Positions 56,010 to 64,000 of a stretch of DNA of 64,000 nt are shown here, one piece after another. Under the pieces are notes generated by a model. The model saw nothing but the letters and a program-made list of their open reading frames with translations, did no database searches and had not been told where the DNA came from. The position numbers were made by a program, and so were the translations under genes. Positions within the stretch are counted from its first letter, which is position 1. Each line of letters begins with the position of its first letter. Source of the DNA: Azolla caroliniana (taxonomy: Eukaryota > Plantae > Polypodiophyta); NCBI GenBank assembly GCA_043228905.1, contig JBHGNT010000010.1, positions 10,292,001 to 10,356,000 on the forward strand. Reading direction: 5' to 3'.

Positions 56010-57734
56010 GAAATTTTAGAGAGAGAGGGGGAAAGAGAGAAAGAGAGAGAGGGAGGGAGACAATAGACAAGGGGAAAGAGTGAGAGAGGTTTCCAGACTG
56101 GTTTGGAAACCGGTTACCAAGCCATTTACCAAACTGGTTTAGGCTGGCTTTGTGGCACGGCTCGGCTTGAACCTCGCCAAACCGGCTCAAGCCGGCTAAG
56201 CTGTTTAGAAATTTTAGAGAGAGAGGGGAGAGAGAGAAAGAGAGAGAGGGAGGGAGTCAATAGACAAGGGGAAAGAGTGAGAGAGGTTTCCAAACCGGTT
56301 ACCAAGCCATTTACCAAGCCGGTTTAGCCTAAACCGGTTTGTGAACCGGTTCGGTTTAGGCTTAGCCGGTTTGGCCTGATCCAAGACAAACCGGCTAAGC
56401 CTAAACCGAACCGTTGCCGATCCCTGGCATGAACCGTAGATTTCATCTTCTGGTTTAGACCATTCGCATCTCCGCGATGGATCTCAGGCCATGTATCTCG
56501 ATGTTGTTTAGGCCTTATATCTTTCATTAGCTCGCCCTTGATCTTGATTTAGAGTCCCTAGTGCCTTATCTATGTCTTCTATCCACATTCCTGATTCTTG
56601 CATCTTTTGACAGCCTTCCCTCCATCGATGAGCTCCACAACTTTCGGCTAGTAAGACCAAATGACCCCTATATCTTCTCCTGTCCATGTCGCTACAACTT
56701 CTTTGATGTATTGGATCAATTTTAGAGGATCGAGCTAATGGGTGTTCCTGCCTAGCATGCTCTCAAAGCTCCTCATAATTACCCTTGATCAAACAAGACT
56801 CATGTGCACAAATTTGAGCAGTGTGATTGAGATAGTCCTAAGTTGAATTAATGATAAGATTTCACTCAGACAAGGATTACGAAATAAACTTAGACACAAA
56901 CTGAAAGTAAAGAGTAAGACAAGATTTACATGGAAAACCCTGATTTCAGGGAAAAACCATAGAACAGAAATTCACTATGATCGAAAGACAGAATACAACC
57001 ACTGAATAAAAGAACCTGTACTGGTCTGAATGTTCTCTGATACCACGATTTCAGATGAGCATACCAAACCCTAATGTGTAGGTGTCTTTCCTATTCGAAG
57101 CTCCCCTTGGCTTCTCAGTTCTTGTCTTTCTTCCCTTTTGTTCTTCACCCTTTTCTTCACACACACTCAACTTTTCTTATTGCGTTCTCACAGCCACTAT
57201 TGTGTATATACGTAGTCGTTCTCTGAGTCACACTTCTCTTCTGCAACTCGTTTTTCACTCTGCAGACTCTCGCACCTAAAACACACACAATTATAAAATG
57301 CCACTCACTTGAGTTTACTATATGTATATAGCTACACTCACTACTTTTACTCTGGGTCATTTATCACACATACAAAAGTAGCGAATGCCTCTTAGCATAT
57401 ATGTATGCTAACCCACATACACATAGATGTGAAGAGAAGTGTGTATATATGTGTATCCACATTTGAGTTCCCTTCAACTCTTGGCATGGTTTGGCTTTTC
57501 GGCCGCGTCGCATCTCGGGTTGACTCCTTTTCACGGTTCGGCTTTTCGGCCGAGCTGTGCACTGCTCGGCTCCTCGGCCGCGCTGTGTCTCGGGTCGACT
57601 GTGCACGGGTCGGCTCTTCGGCCACGCCGTATCTCGAATCGGCTCTTTGGCCGATTTTGGCTTTTCAGCTGACTCCCGCGTAAGGAGGGACAATTTTAGA
57701 CAACAAACTCCCCCTTCACTCCTGTAGGGGGAGA

Positions 57735-60700
57735 ATCAACCAACCCAATCCTTTGTCGGCATGCAACAAGTTTTTCCATTGATAGGATTTTAGTGAACAT
57801 GTCTGATCCATTTTCATTAGTATGGATCTTTGCTAACGCAAATTTATTTTCTTCCACTTTCTCTCACAACCAATGATACCTTCTTTGAATGTGCTTCGTA
57901 CGGGAATGATAGGCAACATTCTTAGCCAAATGAATAGCACTCTGATTATCACAATGAAGCAAGAACCGTTCTTGCTTCATTCTTAGTTTGCTTAAGAAGT
58001 CTCTCATACAAATCACTTATTTTCCGGCTTCCACTGCAGCCATATACTCAGCCTCTGTGGTTGACAAAGCCACAGTCTTTTGCAATCTTGATTGCCATGA
58101 CACGGCTCCCCCTGAATAAGTCATCACATACCCTGATGTGGATCGGTTGGAGTCTACATCACTTGACATATCAGAATCTGTGAAACCTTCTAGAATAGGT
58201 TTCTCTGAACCATATCTAAGGCATACCCTCAAAGTTCCTCTTAGATATCTAAGTATCCATTTTACGGCTGCCCAATACTCCTTTCCGGGATTACTCATGT
58301 AGCGACTAACTGTCCCAACAGCAAATGCAATGTCCGGCCTCATGCAAACCATAGCATACATAAGACTACCGACAGTAGAGGCATATGGCACTCTCCTCAT
58401 CTCTGCCTTATCTTTCTTAGTTTTCGGACATTGACCTGAATTTAACTTATAGTCCACCGACAATGGAGATCCGACAGATTTTGCATTGTACATGTTAAAC
58501 CTTTGCAAAACTTTTGTCACATACTTCTCTTGTGACAGCCATAGCATGTTTTTAGTCCTGTCTTGGACTATATGCATTCCCCAAATCTGTTTTGCTGGTC
58601 CTAAGTCTTTCATGGCAAACGATTTGCTCAATGCTTTCTTTAAGCTTGCAATCTTTTTAACATCCTGTCCAACAACCAACATATCATCCACATACAACAA
58701 CAGAATAAGAAAATCACCTTCATTATACATTTTCACAAATACACAATGATCAGCTTGTGTTTTGTGGAATCCATGTTCCAACATGAAGGACTCAAATTTC
58801 TTATACCATTATCGTGGAGCTTGCTTTAGAGCATACAAGCTTTTCCTCAGCCTGCACACGAGGTTCTCTTTTCCTTTTACCTCAAAGCCCTCCGGCTGTT
58901 GCATATAAATTTCCTCTTCTAGCTCACCGTGCAAGAAAGCTGTTTTAACATCCAACTGTTCTATTTCAAGATTCATACTAGCATCCATACTCAAAACAAT
59001 TCGGATAGAGGTCATCTTGACAACTGGAGCAAAAATCTCATCGAAATCAACACCTTTTTTTTGTTGGAAACCCTTTACGACAATGCGAGCCTTATACCTG
59101 GGTGTACTTCCATCTTCACCTGTCTTTAATTTGTAGACCCATTTGTTTCTAAGTGCCTTCTTACCATCAAGCAACTCCATTAACTCATAGGTTAGGTTCT
59201 CATTCAAGGAATCCATTTCTTCTTGCATGGCATTATACCATTTCTCCTTGTGTACATCAGTCATGGCCTCTTCATAGCATTTTGGTTCCCCTTCATCAGT
59301 CAAGAGGATATATTGACTCGTTGGATATCGAGAGGAGGCCTTCCTTTGTCTTCGTGGATATCTTCTTCCTTCGATAACTGGCTCAGATTCGCTTTCTTCC
59401 AACAGCTCATCTTCCGACTCCGATTCCTGTGCATCAATCTGCTGTTGGGTGTCAACCGACTCAGGTTCGACTTCATCAACCAGCTGTTGTCTGTCGGTTG
59501 GTTGTGTGGGAGTGGGATCGACTTGTGTCGACTCCATAACGGTAGTCGATTAGGAAGGCGACTCTGGTCTTTGTTGTTTCGAGTCCTCGATTGTCTTATC
59601 TTCCATCAATATGACATCTCGACTTCTTATCACTTTCTTATAAAGGAGATCCTACATTCTGTACACGAACTTGTCTTCCGAGTACCCCAAGAATATACAA
59701 GGTTTGGACTTGCTGTCCAGCTTTGACCTCTGATCTTTAGCAACATGTACATAGGCCAAACATCCAAACACCTTTAAGTGCTGATAGGATACATTCCTTC
59801 CTATCCACACCTTTTGTCGTACATTCCCCTTCAGGGGCACTGATGGAGACCTGTTTATGAGATAAACAACCGTCAACATTGCCTCAGCCCAATACGACTT
59901 TGGCAATTTTGCATGCGCCAACATGCTTCTTACCCTTTCCATAATAGTCCTATTCATTCTTTCTGCTACACCATTTAGCTTAGGTGTCTTCGGCACTATA
60001 TACTCAAGTGCTGATAGGATACATTCCTTCCTATCCACACCTTTTGTCGTACATTCCCCTTCAGGGGCACTGATGGAGACCTGTTTATGAGATAAACAAC
60101 CGTCAACATTGCCTCAGCCCAATACGACTTTGGCAATTTTGCATGCGCCAACATGCTTCTTACCCTTTCCATAATAGTCCTATTCATTCTTTCTGCCACA
60201 CCATTTAGCTTAGGTGTCTTCGGCACTATATACTCAAGTTTGATGCCTTGAGTCTTGCAATACATCTCAAATTGGCCCCTATACTCACCACCATTATCTG
60301 TCCAGATTCTCTTTCTACCCTTGCATGAAACTCTTTAAAGACCGACAATACTTGGTCTTTAGACACCAACACATAAGCCCATACCTTCCTACCGAAGTCA
60401 TCAATAAATGTGACAAAATATTGTCCACCACGATGTGATGGGGCATCCACATAACACACATCTGTGTGAACCAGCTCTAAGGCACACTCTCTCCTCATCG
60501 GAGGCCTAGAGTGAAAGGTTGTTCTATTTTGCTTTCCAGCCAAGCAGCCCACACACTTCTCCAAGTGTATTCCTTTCACCTCTGTTAGAAAATCCTTTTC
60601 CGCAAGGATATGCATTCCCCTTTCGCTCATGTGTCTGAGCCTTTTATGCCACAGCTCACCATCTGAACCAGCCACTACATTTGCTTCATCTCGGCACAAT

Positions 60701-61932
60701 TTGGCATGCATTACATACAGTGTATTTTGTTTTTGAGCTCAAGCCACAATCAAGCTCCCTTTATAGAACTTCCATGTACCACTTCGAAAACTACCACTGT
60801 AGCCTTTGTCGTCTAGCCGTCCAGCCGATATCAGATTCAATCTGACATCCGAAACATGGCGTACATCCTTCAATATCAACCTGCAGCCAATAGATGTTAG
60901 CAAACACACGGTTCCTATGCCCACAATCTTGCATTCACCGTCATTTCCCATCCTAAGGTAACCATAGTCACCGGTTGTGTAAGACGAGAAACATTCTCTT
61001 TTGGGAGTTAGGTGAAATGAAGCACCAGAATCTACTACCCATGAGCACTCAGCATTTTCTAGGTTCACACTACCTTGTTCACAGATAAATAACATCTCTT
61101 CTTCACTAGTTGCAATGGCTGAGGTGTTTTTATCATCAGAAATTTTCTTGGGTTCGATCTCATCAACCATGCCTTTGTCCTTCCTAAGGTGTCGGCAATT
61201 CTTTTGGAAGTGACCAGGCTTCCCACAATAGAAGCATGTAGGTCTTCCTCTAGATTTCGACCTTGCGTAAAACCTATCTTCATTTGGACTTCTGTGTTCT
61301 CTTCTACCTCTACTAAGTTCTTGGGTCACATAAGCCTCCGATTGAGACAAGGCAATTTTATCCTTTCTTCTTGTCTCTTCATTCAAAATGGTAGTCTTTA
61401 CTATTTGTAAAGATAGGTTGTCTTCTTTACATGAAGTGTTGAGTGTCACTATTAAGTTTTCCCAACTATCCGGTAGAGTACATAGTAGTAGTGTGGCCTG
61501 CATAACATCATCTAATGGGAACTTCGCTGAGGCTAACTGATTTACCAGTCCCATAAAAGTACTGATGTGCTCTACAATGCTCTCCCCATCTACATACTTT
61601 AGTCTCACTATCTTCCTCATCAAGAAAGTTTTATTTAAGGCATTTTTCCTTTAATAGAGAGTAGAGATTTTATGCCATAACTCGAAGGCATTGGTATCAC
61701 TTGCCACATGTTGTAGGACGCTAATGTCTACACATTGTCTCATAGTTGCCACTGCCTTTCTATTCAGAATTTTCCACTCTGATTCTATCACCGCTCTTGG
61801 TATATCCTTATTTTCTATAGGCTCATATAGGTCTTTGACTATCAAAAGATTTTCCATTTTGATCTTCCAACCCGAGTAGTTTTGTGAGTTTAGGACAATC
61901 ATCCCCGGAAAGCCACTCACACCCCCTTCCAT
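57735..61932 (-). pseudogene. Copia J gag-pol with stops and frameshifts
   Basis: NYSGWKIKME, CFYCGKPGHFQKNC, WVVDSGASFH, LWHKRLRH, NGVAERMNRT, QLDVKTAFLHG, YVDDML, STTEAEY. Confidence 0.95.
59781..60239. repeat. 230-bp tandem duplication within J integrase
   Basis: CTGATAGGATACATT... starts at both 59781 and 60011. AAGT microhomology at the junction. Causes a frameshift. Confidence 0.93.
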
Positions 61933-63847
61933 CTAAAACCTATGCTCTAATACCAGTTTGATAAGATTTCACTCAGACATGGATTACAAAATAACCTTAG
62001 ACACAAACTGAAAGTAAAGAGTAAGACAAGATTTACATGGAAAATCCTGATTTCAGGGAAAAACTACGGAACAAAAATTCACTATGATAGAAAGACAGAA
62101 TACAACCACTGAATAAAAGAACATGTACTGGTCTGAATGTTCTCTGATACCACGATTTCAGATGAGCATACCAAACCCTAATGCGTAGGTGTCTTTCCTG
62201 TTCGAAGCTCCCCTTGGCTTCTTAGTTCTTGTCTTTCTTCCCTTTTGTTCTTCACCCTTTTCTTTACACACACTCAACTTTTCTTATTGCGTTCTCACAG
62301 CCACTACTGTGTATATACACAGTCGTCTTCTGAGTCACACTTCTCTTCTACAACTCGTTTTTCGCTCTGCAGACTCTCGCGCCTAAAACACACACAATTA
62401 TAAAATTCCACTCACTTGAGTTTACTATATATGTATAGCTACACTCACTACTTTTACTTTGGGTCATTTATCCCACATACAAAGGCAACGAATGCCTCTT
62501 AGCATATATGTATACTAACCCACATACACATAGATGTGAAGAGAAGTATGTATATATGGGTATCCACATTTGAGTTCCCTTCAACTCTTGGCATGGTTTG
62601 GCTTTTTGGCCACGTCGCGTCTCGGGTTGACTCCTTTGCACGGTTCGGCCGCGCGCCGTGTCTTGGGTCGATTGTGCACGGGTCGGCTCTTCGGCCGATT
62701 TCGGCTTTTCAGCCCACTCCCCCGTAAGGAGGGACAATTTTACACAACGATTAACCACTTTCCATAGTGTGAGATCCTTCACACTATGCCCTGAGGCACT
62801 TAAGGAAGTAGATCCACCATGTTCTATTTCATGATCAATACATTCATCTCCTTGATCAATGAAGATCATTCAAGATCATTTCTGTGCATCATTATAGCTT
62901 CAATTATTCTATTTGAGAGAGCATTTCTTATATTTGCTCTGATGGAACCATTGTCCCAGATTCTTTGCAACCTTCTAACTCTGCATGATAGTGTTGCATG
63001 ATTAAAGACAGACTTGTGGATAGTAGTGCATATGCTATGATACATATCCAGGCCACAATGAACCCATATTTGACATATAATGTCCTAAGGGTTGTGTGAT
63101 GTATTAAGATGGCACATACCCATAGCGTGGACCATGGAACATATGTTGTTGCCTATTCTCAGCAACTATGCCCCCAAAAGCTAGAGCTATGGAAGCTCTC
63201 GAGGGTTTTCTATGGGTCCTAGGAACAATAGAGGGGAGGGGAAGAAGGTAGAACCAGAGGGAGAAAGCAACAAATCAATAAAGAATAGGGGAAGGATCAG
63301 AGGAGGGGTAACCGGCTATGCCGGAGAAGAAGCAGCAGAAGAAGAATATGCAGGTAGTACTCATGTGGGGAGAAAAGCATCTCTAGGGGTGGGGAAGGTG
63401 AGGAAACGCTAATAGAGGTCGCCATAGCTCGATCAGGGAAGGGTGGAGGAACTCAGATTTCTTGAGGACAATGTAGCATATGCAGATTTCGATGATCTGG
63501 ATCCCTACAGAAGAAGAAGAAGAAGAAGTGGGAAGTGCTCCTACGTCGGAGGGCTAGACTCTCTCTCTCTCTCTCTCTCAATCACATGCTTATCATTGTC
63601 ACCACTCCTGTTGTAAGTGAAACGGCCATTTGTTGCGGACTTAAGCCATGGACAAAAGCAACAATGCTGATATGTATCTTCTCCTTCCCTATGAGTGTAG
63701 ATACCCGCAAATCGTAGAACAAGGTAAATGAGAATTAGGGAGAGGGAGAGAGAGAAATGCACACATATATCCACAAACGCTGAGACGTTGAGAGGAAGAG
63801 GGTGACTTCCTGTGAAGGGAGGGTTGTCCGTTCAGGCGTGCCAGAAG

Positions 63848-63942
63848 TGTTGTTGGGGTGGCTTCACCCCCATCCCAAGGGGAGTTACATGAGAGAGAAA
63901 GAAGGAGAGTGAAACAAGGATGACACCAAAATTATTGGGAAA
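63848..63942 (-). repeat. Partial 5' LTR of K family with adjacent PBS
   Basis: Matches 44783-44897 except for a collapsed hairpin. Followed on the minus strand by CTTC TGGCACGCCTG. Confidence 0.8.
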
Positions 63943-64000
63943 TCGGTCCCTCTGGATGGGATCTGACTATGAATGGAGAAGAACCAGTGAGAACCGGAAG

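Larger units (their letters stand above)
45837..56426. mobile_element. hAT-like MITE (about 520 bp) split by element E
   Basis: TIRs TAGGGATCAACAACGG and CCGTTGCCGATCCCTG. Flanks CCATGAAA and GCATGAAC match at 6 of 8. Many AAACCGG/GGCTCGG motifs and an internal duplication of about 195 bp. Confidence 0.75.
56852..62749 (-). mobile_element. Complete but degenerate Ty1/copia element J (Tnt1/Tork-like)
   Basis: LTRs 56852-57705 and 61959-62749, TSD ATTAA at 56847-56851 and 62750-62754, PBS TGGTATTAGAGC (Met-i type) at 61944-61955, PPT AAGGGGGAG at 57708-57716. Confidence 0.96.
56690..63110 (-). pseudogene. DUF1644-like plant gene remnant split by copia J (pieces about 62755-63110 and 56690-56851)
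   Basis: Joined across the ATTAA TSD it reads WKVVNST*DYLNHTAQICAHESCLIKGNYEEL*EHARQEHPLARSSKIDP, matching the recalled DUF1644 pattern WxVVxxARxYLN...C...C...GxYxELRxHxRxEHPxARPxxVDP. Confidence 0.72.
44783..63942 (-). mobile_element. Probable non-autonomous gypsy element K (C/D/E group signals), about 2.2 kb of own internal sequence, host of MITE, E and J
   Basis: 3' LTR 44783-45117 with tRNA-like motif 45120-45160. Homologous LTR begins at 63848 with PBS TGGCACGCCTG (63833-63843) in the same orientation. LTR homology breaks near 63942 and the second TSD is not visible. Confidence 0.68.

Noticed and set aside
63943-64000. Helitron 5' end (A|TC) interrupting the K LTR
   Set aside because: Only a dinucleotide and 58 bp are visible; cannot be distinguished from a deletion junction.

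Overview
Eukaryotic, land-plant-like (probably bryophyte-type) window made almost entirely of nested LTR retrotransposons. Most complete elements can be delimited by matching LTRs and target-site duplications (TSDs). Cluster 1 (1-42937): an old minus-strand non-chromovirus gypsy (F) contains a copia (B), which itself contains gypsy A and gypsy C. F also contains a non-autonomous chromovirus-like element (H), which contains gypsy D, which contains a solo LTR and gypsy I. Cluster 2 (43730-64000): a copia remnant (G) is interrupted by a probable non-autonomous gypsy (K) carrying a DUF1644-like gene remnant. K contains a hAT-like MITE with a young intact gypsy (E) inside it, plus a Tnt1/Tork-like copia (J). 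Main observation: all four members of the C/D/E/K gypsy group whose 3' LTR junction is visible have no polypurine tract. Exactly 2 nt before the 3' LTR they instead carry a sense copy of a tRNA-Arg 3' end (...GGGTTCGA-[covarying hairpin]-TCCCACGGGCGTGCCA), a second, inverted primer-binding site that suggests tRNA-primed plus-strand synthesis. The coding members also carry an uncharacterised ~900-1000 aa coiled-coil ORF2 behind a poly(A) tract. Family, lineage and tRNA assignments come from recalled motifs, not database searches.
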